A stretch of DNA of 62,733 nt, counting the filler, from Blastocystis sp. subtype 4 (lineage: Eukaryota), in NCBI RefSeq assembly GCF_000743755.1. It is 15 parts of 15 records of this genome, joined end to end, with 100 filler letters (N's around TTAATTAATTAA, not from the genome) between each part and the next. Parts side by side here need not be neighbours in the genome. Positions count along the whole stretch, not along the records: positions 8,164 to 12,121 come from NW_014569012.1; positions 12,222 to 16,164 come from NW_014569011.1; positions 16,265 to 20,196 come from NW_014569010.1; positions 20,297 to 24,232 come from NW_014569009.1; positions 24,333 to 28,278 come from NW_014569008.1; 10 more parts are not named here. One strand, written 5' to 3'. The notes below the pieces were generated by a model. The model saw nothing but the letters and a program-made list of their open reading frames with translations. It was not told the DNA's origin and made no database searches. The position numbers and the translations under genes are program-made. Shown here in pieces: positions 12,076 to 25,152 of this stretch (position 1 is the stretch's first letter; each line of letters opens with the position of its first letter).

Positions 12076-12221
12076 GCAAGATCCTATACTACTCTTTGCT
12101 ATTTTGATTGTTGAAAACAAANNNNNNNNNNNNNNNNNNNNNNNNNNNNNNNNNNNNNNNNNNNNTTAATTAATTAANNNNNNNNNNNNNNNNNNNNNNN
12201 NNNNNNNNNNNNNNNNNNNNN

Positions 12222-12420
12222 AATCCATTTCATTCAATTCTTCTTCTTTCAATCCTTTCAATACAATCATTGAATGATTCAATACATTCACTATCATCAA
12301 TTCCACTTCATTCTCATTCTTGTCACACTCATTCTTGTATTCATTACACACATATTTGATACTTCTAGCCCATATTACTTCAACTACTTCATTTCCTTTC
12401 ATTCATACTCCTTTGTTGCT
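12222..12420 (-). pseudogene. Fragment resembling the expanded LRR-associated gene family
   Basis: C-poor, E/N/K-rich coding-like tract running into the linker, with composition like the LRR genes elsewhere in the window. Confidence 0.3.
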
Positions 12421-15217
12421 CCTCTTCCAATATTCAACTTCATATAACCGTTTTCTCTATCAGTAGAGTTGGCCATCCGATAATTACGTGCCAACTTGTC
12501 TTCCAACTTTTCCTTCTGCCTCTGTTGTTTTTTTCCGTACTAACTTTTACTCTCTTGCTTTCACTCATTATGTCACAAGTTGGAATAGTATTGTTAACCT
12601 GATGACTTTGAAACGGCTGAAGCATCTATTTTAGTATATCTCTGTCTATTTTGATTTTTGACTGTCTCAATTGATTGTAAAGGGGATTACTTCCAAAAAC
12701 ATTGAATTAGATACATAATTAAGTGATAGTTCATAATCTGTCTAAACGAATCTACTCTACATCTAATCACACTTTCTATTATTCACATGCTCTATATCCA
12801 TCTATGTATCGAAAACAAAGCATGCTAAAGGATTCCTTGATTATCAAATCACACTGTACAGACTGCTGAACGCCCATCCTTTCAAAACGAGTGGACGAGA
12901 CATGTATGTACTTAAGATCTGATTTTGATTACAGTTTACTAATGTACATGCAGATGTAATATCAATTCGATTTATAAGTATCAAATTGAAGAGATCATGT
13001 TCAGTAGTTTGTACAACCTGATTTGGTCCTTAGAAATTCTCAACTGATGTTGTTCATCCATCTAATCATATAATCAATGTGAAAGTTCCATTTGTATTCA
13101 TCGAGGTCTTAGCGGTCGCATACGGGATAAAGAGAAGCATTCCACTTCTCCCACCTTCCTCATTACAATCATTATATGAATAGTATGTACCATTTTGATA
13201 CATAGATAACAGGATATAAGAACAACATACACAGATCATAACGTATGTACTAGTTGATTGTGAATATACCGATATTTCGAACAGGTAGTGTTAACGATGT
13301 TCAAAGTGTTTTACATAATGAAGAGAATTGGAGTTTCTTCTTGCTTTCCTATGTTTTTGTAATAATTGTTAGTTAATTATCTTAATCTCTAGGCTGAATC
13401 GTCAAAAGGTCCTTAATCTCATTGTTGATAGAGGATTTTAACGGATTATCGTCACTTAGATAAACCTTCCAAAGTGTGGGCTTAGTTTACAAGCAATCTC
13501 GAAGTGGGATAATATATTCAGCGCGGCTTAAAGGTTCAATCAGATTAACGAAGGTAACATCGATCCGACGAAACATCAATGTGGGTGTCACCAAACTTAT
13601 AGTGTATTACTACAATATCAGTACTCATATGATAATCATTTCTATCGCTTCAACAGCTTGTACATACATAATCTACATCCTCACCTTTTACTACTGTAAC
13701 AACAGTAGCAATGGCCTTCACACAACTGTATTCATAAAGAGAACTACAAGCGCTTTAACCAGCAGCTACAAATCAGTTCTACATTACTTATCATGCCTAC
13801 TTATACCGAAGTACTTACTATTCCAGGATAACTGAAACCTAGAACTGCTCCAGCATCTACTAGATCAGCACTAGCACCAATAGTTAATCTAGTAGCCTTC
13901 TTAGAGAACATTAGCTTCGCTTTCATTCGTTTTTCATTCTTGTACTTTCCTTAACAAATAAACACCGTCTCATTATAATCTGAAAGGTTTGTTCATACAT
14001 CAGCCTTCAATGTACATTCCAACTATTAAAACTATCCCAGCACGAGTACACTTTTCATTAATTTGCTATTTCTATGAGTTAAAATGCAAATAGGTTCGAT
14101 TATTACAACAGGTTTCATTTCAGCCTTTCATTTTCTCTTTTCACTAATATACATCACAGGTAACAGAATCTGACATTCTTCTTATACAAATCTCCATTCC
14201 TATCAGAAGCAATGTATTCAAGTCCATGAATCGGATGATCTGATTCTAACTGATAGTAAAAGGATGTTCTAATTGGCATTGGACGATTATTCCAAATAAT
14301 GAACTCATTAAAGAATTGTTGAGAACATGTATTCCTATTATCGGGTAGTAATTCAGAAATCGAGAGGAGAATCAGACTCCACCACAATTCTGTCCAATAC
14401 TCTTTGAGATGAAGGTAACACCATAAGGATGAACCTGTTATGCTATTTCACAAGAAGTGACTATGGAGACTTTATCATTTAAGGAATTATTATAAATTGA
14501 TGGTGACATTCAATTACTCAATCATTGGTTCCATCAAGAAGCGGCTACGGATTTCAAGTGATTACCAAGGAATGACGATTTCCTACAGCTATTTCCTTAT
14601 TTCAAGTGATATGAGATATGTATGAAGATACTATAGTCATGAAATGCTTTCAGGTCATGAACAAGGCTAGGAGAGAGGATATCAGAATAATGTGTTGTCA
14701 AGAAGATGGAGCACAAGTACTGAACTATTCGGATGAGGATTGGGAGGTGATTGTTTGCTGTGGCCTATTAGAAGCAAGATAGGTTACTGTAACATTACAG
14801 AGGTTATATATGATATTTCTTTACTGTCAGAATGCTTCCTGAATGAAGAGAGGGAATCTTTGGGAGATCCAAAGTTAGAAAAGAATGAGATTGTATATGA
14901 TGAATGTACTACTCAGTCTTGTATGATGGTACATCTTCTCTTAGAGGATTGTAAAGTGTCATATTGTTGAGAGAGTAGATATTCCATCTGGAGACAGTTG
15001 AGCAACTGCTTTGACGAAACTGTGGAGACCTTTGGAATCAAGTGCTTGACAGTGAAGCGCGCTTTTTTTCGTGGGAAGAGAGCTAAACATGAGAGAATCA
15101 GGAGAGAAGGGAGAATGCTATTGCCAACTGTGTTCGACTCCTATTAATTGGGATTGAATAATGATGATTGAATAATGATAGAATATACTGATTAAGAGTT
15201 AGTACACTAACTGACCT

Positions 15218-15610
15218 TTCTGATCCTGTTGTGTTTGATGCTACTGGAGTATTTGGAGTTGAAGACTGTTCTACTGTTGTTGATTCTTATTCTTCTCTCA
15301 CTTCTACTGAACAGGAATCGGTGACTATTCTGAATGCTGTGAATCAGACTGTGCCTCTCGAACAAAGTCTCAGATTGCTGTTCCTGTGGCTTTGGCTGGA
15401 TTCCGCAGATATCGATGGCAAGTTACTAATAATGACTCATATTCCTTGTATATCTCATCAATTCATATGGCCTATTGCAAGCCAACAGGATCTGTTTGTC
15501 CTGCAATTGACAACTATCCTTCAGTGGGTGAAGGTCAAATCTCTCCTTCTTCTTGTCCTGAGGGTTACAGAGGTTATTCATATCGTGAGTGTTCTGGAGG
15601 TGTGTTGGGG
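15218..15610 (+). pseudogene. Internally deleted, frameshifted fragment of the Ig-domain surface-protein family (paralogue of 61486-62733)
   Basis: 15218-15310 is identical to the reverse complement of 62635-62727. It then jumps ~200 nt to ESVTIL and shifts frame before ALAGFRRYRW..CPAIDNYPSVGEGQISPSSC. Confidence 0.88.
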
Positions 15611-15977
15611 TATCTGTCTCTCCTTCAGAACATGATGGCCTCATTCTACAGTAGTCATAGGCTTTAACCTACATATCATCCATCACCTTTCAATTAACAC
15701 AGTTTGAAGACTAGAATCGACTAACTTCCTTATTCTAATCATCAAGTTTGATTTGGATAGGAGAAGTGATAGTACTCTCTGGAATCATCTCTATGGTTGG
15801 AGTTCTTATGAAAATGTATGAACCATTCTACTATCTGATTACAGTGAATGGATACAATCATTCGTATTCTCTGTGAACGATCAGATTCATTGTGTTCCAT
15901 ATTCCATCAACTCACTCATATTCTCTAACTGTATTTCTTAACAAACACATTCTCAGATGAAGGATTGTGAAACATCT

Positions 15978-16164
15978 TCAGATCTTCTGATACCTTTTTC
16001 TCTCGAGTGTTTTCAAGGATCCCTCGTGAGTTCTTTTCTTCATTGAAACCATTCTAGCCACGACCAGAACTACAAAACAGAATAGGATTACACCACCAAT
16101 AATCATCAATACTATCGCCAAGATTGTGAATCTCTTCACAACAAGAGTCAGAGTTGTCTCTTCA
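15978..16164 (-). CDS. 3' fragment of a single-pass surface protein (TM helix plus basic tail)
   Basis: EETTLTLVVKRFTILAIVLMIIGGVILFCFVVLVVARMVSMKKRTHEGSLKTLERKRYQKI*. Confidence 0.6.
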
Positions 16165-16264
16165 NNNNNNNNNNNNNNNNNNNNNNNNNNNNNNNNNNNN
16201 NNNNNNNNTTAATTAATTAANNNNNNNNNNNNNNNNNNNNNNNNNNNNNNNNNNNNNNNNNNNN

Positions 16265-16361
16265 TGGTGGTTTCAGCAAGAAGCTCCGTCACTTCAATGA
16301 GGGTGGTGACTATGGTAACCATGAAGTCCTCATTGGAAAGCTTGTACAGAGAATGATCTAA
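16265..16361 (+). CDS. RPL7: 60S ribosomal protein uL30/L7, 3' fragment
   Basis: GGFSKKLRHFNEGGDYGNHEVLIGKLVQRMI*. Confidence 0.9.
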
Positions 16362-16551
16362 GCGAAGGTTATGATCTTTCAGAATTGTGAATTGGAAGTA
16401 GAATGTGGTTTAATTGTAATCTATGTGTTAATTGAGGTGTTTGTTTGAACATTTTCGAGAAGAATGGAAAACGAAGAGGGAGTTTCATTGGCATGGAAAA
16501 GACTGTCACAGAATTCGATATTAACAATTTGTGTATCCGTAATTCTTATAT

Positions 16552-18268
16552 ATGACTATGGAATTGAAATTGTTATTAATAGTGCTTCGTGCTATCTTTT
16601 GTCTTACTTGTAGATTGGAATCATATCGATCGTATCTGCAGTTGAAAGTTCATCCTCATCCGATAATCATAAAAAAGCACTTGATTTCTATGATCAAGCT
16701 GAAAAGCTATATAAAGCAGGAAAGTATAAAGAAGTGCATATTTCTTTCTCTTCTTTAATTTGTAGGCAGAACGATTGTATTCGAAATGCATCTTTGCCGA
16801 TAATACTGTGGATGCTTGTTACAATTCCAGGTATCTAACTAGAATTAATCTCCAGCAACTCGATGGTGCTCTGAGTGACCTGAAGACAGTTGTTGAGCGA
16901 AGTCCTTCAGCAAGAGTTGTTGTTTATTCTAACTGTCATTTCTAGGGATATATGCAAATTGGAAAGCTGGAAATGAAGCTTGGAAAGTGTAAGGATGCTA
17001 CTGCTACCTTCAAGCTCTCGTTATCCAAGTTCCCAACAACCAATAAAGAGAAGTTACAGAAACTGGCTATTGAGAGTTCGGAATGTGCTGCTAGTATTGT
17101 GCATGCAGAGAAGCTGATTGTCCGCAAGAGCTACAGTGAGGCAATTCCCATTATTGATAAGGTTCTGGATGTATGTACGAGTGCTGATACTCTTCGTATG
17201 ACTCTTGGCCGTTTACTTCTGGAGACTCAGCAATGGGAACGTCTGATTCAAACCTGTAGTACTGTCTTACGAAGCCACCCCGATGACTGTGAAGCTCTGT
17301 ATATGCGTGGCTGGGGTTTCCTAATGAATGGAGATAAAGAAACTGCTCAGACTCACTTCAAGAAGGTAAGAACCATGGAGGTTATTGATGGATAGTGCTT
17401 ACGGAGTGATCCCGACTACAAAACATGCAAAGAAGGAAGCAAATTGGTTCGATCAATCTCTCGTCATTTGAATCGGATCGAAGATCCTGAAGAAAAAGAT
17501 GCCGCTGTTAAGGTTGAAGAAGCTGAGTCCTTGTTGAAAGTGAAGGGACTTCCACATCGTTATCAGAGTCTGGCCAAGTACTATCTCTGTAAGTACAATA
17601 CGGAGTTGAAGGAGTATGGCAAGGCTCATGATTTCTGTCAGTTTGTGGTTGATAACAAGAATGATTTGGGTGAAGGAGTGGATGCTAGTGATGCTGTATG
17701 TGCTTTGGCGACTGCATTGTTAGCTGAGGATAAGTATGATCAAGCAATTCGTCTTCTGAACGATGCCTTGAAGAATGATCAGAATAACAGAAAGGTAAGC
17801 CTTAGGAAATAGATTGAGTGGTAGTTACATGATAAGTTGAATGAAGCTGAAGTGGCTCAGAAACGGAGTAAAGAGAAGGATTACTACAAGATTCTTGGAG
17901 TGAAGCGAGATGCTACAGAGAAGGAGATTAAGAAGGCATATCGAAAGTTAGCTCTTCAATGGCATCCTGATAAGCATAAGGAAGATAAGGAGATAGCTGA
18001 GGAAAAGTTCAAAGAAATCGCAGAAGCTTATGAAGTATTGTCAAATGAGGAAAGTCGGGCGAAGTATGATCGGGGTGAGGATACAAGTGAAGAAGCTAAC
18101 CATGCTCGAGCTAATCCTTTCCAAGGATTCAATTTTGCCTTTCCTGGTGGATTCCCTGGTGGTTTCCACTTTGAAGGAGGTGGTAATGGTCGTGGTGGTC
18201 AGGGATTCCCTGGTGGGTTCAATTTCGGAAATGGTGGTAATCAGCACTTCGAGTTCCACTTTGGATAA
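16552..18268 (+). CDS. DNAJC3/P58IPK-like co-chaperone (signal peptide, TPR repeats, J domain), multi-exon
   Basis: Hydrophobic N-terminus, TPR-like exons, [25 protein letters not shown]-rich tail. Confidence 0.85.
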
Positions 18269-18406
18269 GCTACATTTAGGTTGTCATCTGTTTGTAAGAA
18301 AAACCAATTTGAAGCGCTTGAATGTGAAGGATGTAGTAAATCTCTTATTGAATTGATCTGGGTATTCATTTCTTTCTTCTACATCAAAAAACAAAACAAA
18401 AACAAA

Positions 18407-18479
18407 CGCCCACCGAGGGGCTCGAACCCTCGACCACCAGGTTAAGAGCCTGGCGCTCTACCGACTGAGCTAGACGGGC
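18407..18479 (-). tRNA. tRNA-Lys (anticodon CTT)
   Basis: GCCCGTCTAGCTCAGTCGGTAGAGCGCCAGG-CTCTTAA-CCTGGTGGTCGAGGGTTCGAGCCCCTCGGTGGGCG folds as a cloverleaf; followed by T-runs (Pol III terminator). Confidence 0.97.
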
Positions 18480-18562
18480 TTCAACTATCAATCAATCTAT
18501 CCATTCATCTTTCAATATCACATTTCATTAACCCACCACTTTCATCTATTCACACATTCAAT

Positions 18563-20196
18563 ATGCCTCCTTCACTTAACAGAATTCCTACATCAGATAT
18601 TGCAAAAATCGCAAGTGGTCAAGTAATTGTTGACTTGAAATCCGTTGTCAAGGAACTCATCGAAAATTCACTTGTATCATTCCTATCTTTTCATTCATAC
18701 AAAGGATGCACATGCCTCCTCTCTTGAACTCAAACTCGTCAATTATGGAGCTGATTTGATAGAACTTTCAGATAATGGTAATTATCAACATGTGGAATCA
18801 AATGAAGGATGTGGAATCCAGAGTGAGGACTTTGGTGGAGTGGCTTTGAAGTATTACACATCGAAGATTACTGATTTTGATGATATTCGATATGTACAGT
18901 CATTTGGATTTCGGTTTCTATTCTGAGTACTAGTCACTCATAGTGGAGAAGCTTTGAGTTGTATTTGTGATGTCAGTGGAGAGTTTTCTATTGTCACAAG
19001 ACATCAATCTGCTCCTGTTGGTACTTATATCAAATACACTCCAACAGGAACTATCGATATTCAAGTCTTCTTTCATTCAAATGATGAGGAGTAGAGAGAT
19101 CAAGCCCGTACTGTGGGAACAACAGTATCGATTCGTAATCTGTTTGAAGTATGAACGATGAATCAATATCTCTGTAGCGATTACCTGTTCGACAGAAAGC
19201 CTATCTTCGGAGTAAGAAGACTCAACTCTCCAATATGATCACTCTTGTTCAAGTAACTGTTTCTTATTTCTCTCTTTCCTAGTCTTATGCTATCAGTTGT
19301 CTTGGAGTTCGTATCTCACTCTCTCATCATATTCCTGCCACAGGCAAAACAACTACTATTCTCAGTATTCCAGTCATTCTATCTCTCTTCTCTCATATAG
19401 GCCAACTATTCACTCAAACAACGACTTCAGAGCATCTTTGGGAGTCAGATTGCTAATACTCTCACTGAATTTGGTTCTTCCTTTCAGATACCTCATTCAG
19501 TCTCTCAACCATCAGAAGAGAGTTTGTTATCAGAAAGTGTTCTATCAGAGAGTATGATAGGAAATGACTCTACTCTGAATTCTTCTGAAACTGAGAGTTC
19601 TCGACTTCAATTCTCCTTCTCTTCTCAATGTGATTGGAATCATCATTTGGAAGATCAGAGTGAGACTTGTGATCTGTTTGGTTATGTGACTGGTTACATC
19701 TCTCGAATTGGAAGTAGTTCGAATAGTAGTGATCGAGGGAATCAGAATCTGTCTTATCGAGGCAATACTTCCAAACAGTTGCTATTTGTGAATGGTCGAC
19801 TTGTTGAATACAAGAAGGTAGAATTGATAGATGAGTTGAATGATAGCTTGTGAATACATTCCTTCAGGTATGGAGAGAATATGAACCTCGAACTATACCT
19901 ATTCTGGTGATTAATGTGATATTGCCTCCTCATTACTATGATATCAATCTAAGTACAGATAAGAAACAGATCCTTCTCTTTCATGAAGACACACTTCTTC
20001 GAGCCTTTCAAGAGATCATTCGTTCTGCTGTTGACTCTAGTAATACAAATGTTCGGGTTTCTATCTCTTCATCTATTCAACCAGGTCGTAAGAAAGAACA
20101 GAATCTGTTATCTGGTGATATCACTCCTTCAATAAAGTCTATTCTTAAGACAGTTGATGATTCTTCTGGAGTTGTGACTTCTGTCTCTTCATCTGT
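18563..20196 (+). CDS. PMS2: MutL-family mismatch repair protein (PMS2/Pms1-like), 3'-partial, multi-exon
   Basis: IASGQVIVDLKSVVKELIENSL|DA, SDNG|CGI, YTSKITDFDDI..SFGFR|GEALS, QLLFVNGR, DINLSTDKKQILL. Confidence 0.88.
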
Positions 20197-20296
20197 NNNN
20201 NNNNNNNNNNNNNNNNNNNNNNNNNNNNNNNNNNNNNNNNTTAATTAATTAANNNNNNNNNNNNNNNNNNNNNNNNNNNNNNNNNNNNNNNNNNNN

Positions 20297-23200
20297 ATTG
20301 TGAATGATAACAGTTGTAATGATTTGATTGATTTGGATTTGAGTCGATTTGAGAATGTGAAGAATGTTGAGATTGGTTCAAATGCTTTGAAGAATGTAAA
20401 GAATCTCACAATGAATGGATTGAATGAATTGATTCGATTTGGAGTGGGAAGTGGAAGTCTGAATGGAGTTGAGATTATGAGTATTGGATCCAATTCTCTC
20501 AATTCAATCTCTTCATTCAATCTCAGTTTGTTTTCAAATGTGAGAAGAATTGAGATTGGATCAAGATCAATGAATAATGCTACTGCTTTGATATTGGATG
20601 GATTGAATGAATTGGATGAACTGAATGTGGGATTTGAGAGTATGACTGGAGTAGAAAGAGTTGATATTGGATCCAATACTCTCAATTCAATCTCTTCATT
20701 TGATTTCAGTTTGTTTTCAAATGTGAGAAGAATTGAGATTGGACATGAATCAATGAATCAAGTAGTGAATGTGACAGCAAATCGATTAGGAATGTTACAG
20801 AATGTGAGAATTGATGATGATAGTAGTGTTGTTGAATGGAATGTATCGATTGATTCATCAGATCGATTGATTTCAATTCCTGGTGTGATTAGTGGTTTGA
20901 AAGTAGTAGGAAACAGTTGTAATGAATTGAGAGAATTGGATTTGAGTCGATTTGAGAATGTGAAGAATGTTGAAATTGGTTCAAATGCTTTGAAGAATGT
21001 GTTGGAATTGAATATGAAGAATATGAGTCGATTAGAGAGTATTGAAGTGGGAATGAAGTCATTGATTGAATGTTCATCATTCTCAAGTATGGGAGATGTG
21101 AATCTGAATAGAGTGAAGATTGGAGATGATTCATTTGGAAATGGATCTGTATTTGAATTGGATGAAGAATGTGGAATTGAGGAAGTGGAGATTGGAAAGG
21201 ATTGTTTCAAAGGGAATATGGATAAGGAGGATTCTCTTGGATTTGTGATGAAGAAACTGAATGATATGAAGCGAATTGATATTGGAAGTGGATCATTTCG
21301 TCATTTCAATCGGTTTGAATTGTCAGGTGAATTGAATGGATTGGAATTGATGTGTAGAATGTAGAAAACTGATTGAAGTGAGTATAGGAGAGAATAGGAT
21401 GAATGGACGTCGATTGAGTGAGGATGATGAAGGAATGATGTTCAGTGGAGTGAAAGCATTGAGAGTAGAAAGTGAGAATGAATGATGAGAATGATGAATC
21501 AGATTTGATAGGATTGGAGGAGATGGTGATTGGATCGAATTCATTCCCTGTAGCGACTTCAATGACATTGAGAATGCTTCCAAATGTTCGAGAGATTGTA
21601 TTGAGTAATAACACATTGAATGAAGTAGAAGAGTTGTTCCTGAGTGGAATTGGAGATGGAGGGAAGTCGATTGTTCAACTGAGCAACAATACACTATTGA
21701 ATCTGAAGAGTATCACGATTGGAGATGATTCAGATAATGAGATTGCTCGATTCGAAGTCATGTGAATGAGAATCCTGGTTCAAATGTGACCATTGTTGTG
21801 GATCCTATTCTTCCAAATCAGATATTCAAAGTGAGAAATGAGAATGAGATGAGTGATATTCCAAGTGATGTGAAGATTCTATCATTTGATGGAATGATGA
21901 GAGTGTGAGTGTATTGAATGTGAGTAATTGGAGGAGTATTCGGAATGTGTCAATTGGATGGAACTGTCTTGAATCTGTGAATCATGTTGAAGCTCGAGGA
22001 TTAGGTGAATTGGAAGCATTCAATGTTGAAGAGAATAGTCTGTTGAATGCAATGTCATTCTCAATTGATTACTCTTCTGTTGTATCTCGAAAGGTGATTG
22101 TGAGGAGTATGAGTGAATTGAATGAAATGTCGATAGCTGTGAGCAAGTTGGTGATAGGAGATGATAGTTGTAATGAATTGTTGAGTGAAGAAGAAGAAGT
22201 GTTGAATCTGAGTCGATTTGTGAATGTAAGAAGGATATTGATTGGATCGAATGCTTTGATGAATGTGAGAAAGGTGATGGCAAGAGGATTGTTGAATCTG
22301 GAATCATTGGAGATTGGAAGTGGATCTCTTGTGAATGTGAGAGAGTTTGAGATTGATGTTGGAAGTGTTGTGAGATGGAGTTATGTGATTCGAGATAGTG
22401 TGATTGTTGATCTGATTCCTTATGTGGTGAGTGATTTGGTGATTGTTGTAATGAAGTCAACTTCACTTGTCTGGATCTGAGTCGATTTGTGAATCTGAGA
22501 TCGATTCGTATTGGTTCGAATTGTCTAAATCATGTGAGGAGTGTGTTGACAGAAGGTCTGATTCATCTGGAATCATTGATTGTGGGAGAGAGAAGTCTGA
22601 TTGAAATGATTAATAATCCTGACGCTGAATGGGTTTATAAAGCGAATGATATGATGAGTGTTGTGAATGCTCCTTCTGTGATCAGTAAGTTGATAATTGC
22701 TGACAATTGTTGTAATGAAGTCAATTTCACTTCTCTGGATCTGAGTCGATTTGTTCATTTGAAGTCATTAGTGATCGGAAAGAACTCTCTGAATGAGATT
22801 GTGAATATCACAGGTGTTGAATATGAATTGTTGAATGAAGTGATTATTGGTGAGAATAGTCTGAGTTCATTGAGTCATTCGTGAGGAATTGAGTGTTGAC
22901 TGATGACTAGATACACAGTGAATAATTGGAATTCATATTTGAGTATTCCTTTGTATGTAACTGCACTGACTGTAACTGACAATTCATGTAATGATAATAA
23001 CATATATGCTGTTGATTTGAGTTCATTCAAGTTTCTTCGAAGTGTTGTGATTGGTAATAGCTGTTTCCAGTATGTTCGGATATTGTCGATAGTGGGACTC
23101 AATTGGCTTGAATCAGTCAGTATTGGTGGTAAGAGTTTTGGGAGTGACGGTTCATTATGGGAAGTTAGTGAGTTGAAGATTGTGAATTGTCCACAATTGA

Positions 23201-24232
23201 AGAGTTTGAGTATTGGATATTGGTCGTTTGGTCGATACAATGGATTTGAATTGTCTGAGTTACCTCAACTGAAATCTGTTGTAATAGGCTACAGTGTTAA
23301 TAGTTATGGATGTTTTCAATATGCTCGTAATGCAGTATTCAGAGGTATGACTGATGGAAGAGATGGATTGTAGACTTGCCATCATTGGAGACTATCCATC
23401 TAGGATATTATGTCTTCAGTAATGCAGAATATGTAGTATTTGAAAGTATGTGATAATAGGAATTGAACATATCAGATCTTCCTAAGTTGACGGTGTTACG
23501 ATTATGGAGTTATTGCTTGGTTGGTTCGACTTCTACAAAGACAACTGATGTATTTCCCTATTACTATAAGAATACTCTTATCATGAGGAGTATGTATGTT
23601 AACAGTTCTAATCATCAGATCTACCATCTTTGACAATGTTAAGCATTAGTGATGATGTATTTAGGAATATGGGATTTGTAACATTAGAAAGTATCACATT
23701 TGGAACTATCAAACAATAGATGTTAGATCACCTCTCACTATCCAAGGATCCAGTTCTAATCATTTCCAATACACTCACACTCTTGAAGTGAATAGTTGAT
23801 GATTGGATTGTTGATTGATATGTAGATGCATCTAGTCTTGCTCAGTTCATATCATCCAAAAGTGTTTATGTGAAAGCAACAGGTGAAGTGATTGATCTCA
23901 GTTCAATTCCATTATCAGTTGAGAATCTGAGGTTTGAGGATTATTCTCAATTGGATTCAACTGTTCTATCATTCAATCTGTCTCCATTCTCTCATCTCAA
24001 ATCCGTCACTATTGGAGATGACTCTTTTGGTTCACCAATTGAGTTCATAGCGAATGGACTGAATGAATTGATTTCAATTCATATTGGAATGAACTCATTC
24101 ACAAGGAGCAGAAAGTCTTATGCTGAAAGATCAAATCGAGAGTTTCATGTGAAGAACTGTGGATGTCTGAGAGAATTGATTATTGGACGATATTCATTCT
24201 CTGATTATTGTGTATTCGATCTATCCAATCTT
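20297..24232 (+). pseudogene. Large leucine-rich-repeat protein gene with several frameshifts (near 21760, 21900, 22445), partial
   Basis: Repeats LDLSRFxNVxxIxIGSNxL; internal near-identical duplications (20488-20560 vs 20668-20740); frameshifts evident by comparison with internal paralogous repeats. Confidence 0.75.
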
Positions 24233-24332
24233 NNNNNNNNNNNNNNNNNNNNNNNNNNNNNNNNNNNNNNNNNNNNTTAATTAATTAANNNNNNNNNNNN
24301 NNNNNNNNNNNNNNNNNNNNNNNNNNNNNNNN

Positions 24333-25152
24333 ATTGTGAATTGATTGTTACTAGTTGTATTGAATCTCTGATTATTGATGATCATTTCAATCCTGATATA
24401 TCATCATTGATACTGAACTATTCATTGATATTATTGAAACGAATTGAGATTGGAAATGATTGTTTTAAGAATGTGACTCGATTTGTGATTGATGGATTGA
24501 ATGAATTGGAGACTATCATCATTGGATACAAGAGTTTCAGACTCGATGATGATGATACTAGAAAAGGAAGCAAATGTTTGATAATGAATTGTGATCAATT
24601 GAGTGAAATCTGCATTGGATACAATTCATTCTATTGGTATGAATCATTTGAATGTAAGAATCTGTCTTCTCTCATATCTATTCAATTGGATGGTCATGCA
24701 TTCATGAAGTGTCAACGGATAGTATTTGAGAGTATGAATAATTGAATGAATGATGAATGAGATCTGAGTCAACTTCAATCCATCATTCTTGGATCCTCGC
24801 TTTTGATGGTGATTATGAAGCTAGAGAATCCAATGAATTGATAATGAAGAGTATGAGTGATAATGATGATTGATTAATCAGATCTCCCTTTTCTATCCAC
24901 ATTCAAAGGAGATGGTGACAATTTCTGTTATATAGGGAAAGTGATATTGGATAGTAATTACTGATGATTGGATTTGAATTAGATATTCCATTACTCACTG
25001 AAGATGGAATAAGGACATGTAAAAATACATTCTATAATATGAAAGAATTGAGTGTTTCGAGTATGATTGATTTGTTAATAATGATTGAAATGCTGATTCA
25101 CTTGATTCATTCAACAGAATAGCAATCATTGTACAATACTCTAGTGAACTGA
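24333..25152 (+). pseudogene. LRR-family gene 3' part, paralogue of 59014-60660, with a 1-nt frameshift near 24795
   Basis: LKRIEIGNDCF, KNLSSLISIQL; phase-1 introns 24732-24761 and near 24850 and 24954; TGTTTGTT at 25156. Confidence 0.7.

Noticed and set aside
10303..12120. Numerous antisense and alternative-frame ORFs over real genes
   Set aside because: Shadow ORFs with no motifs, arising from codon bias of the true coding strand.
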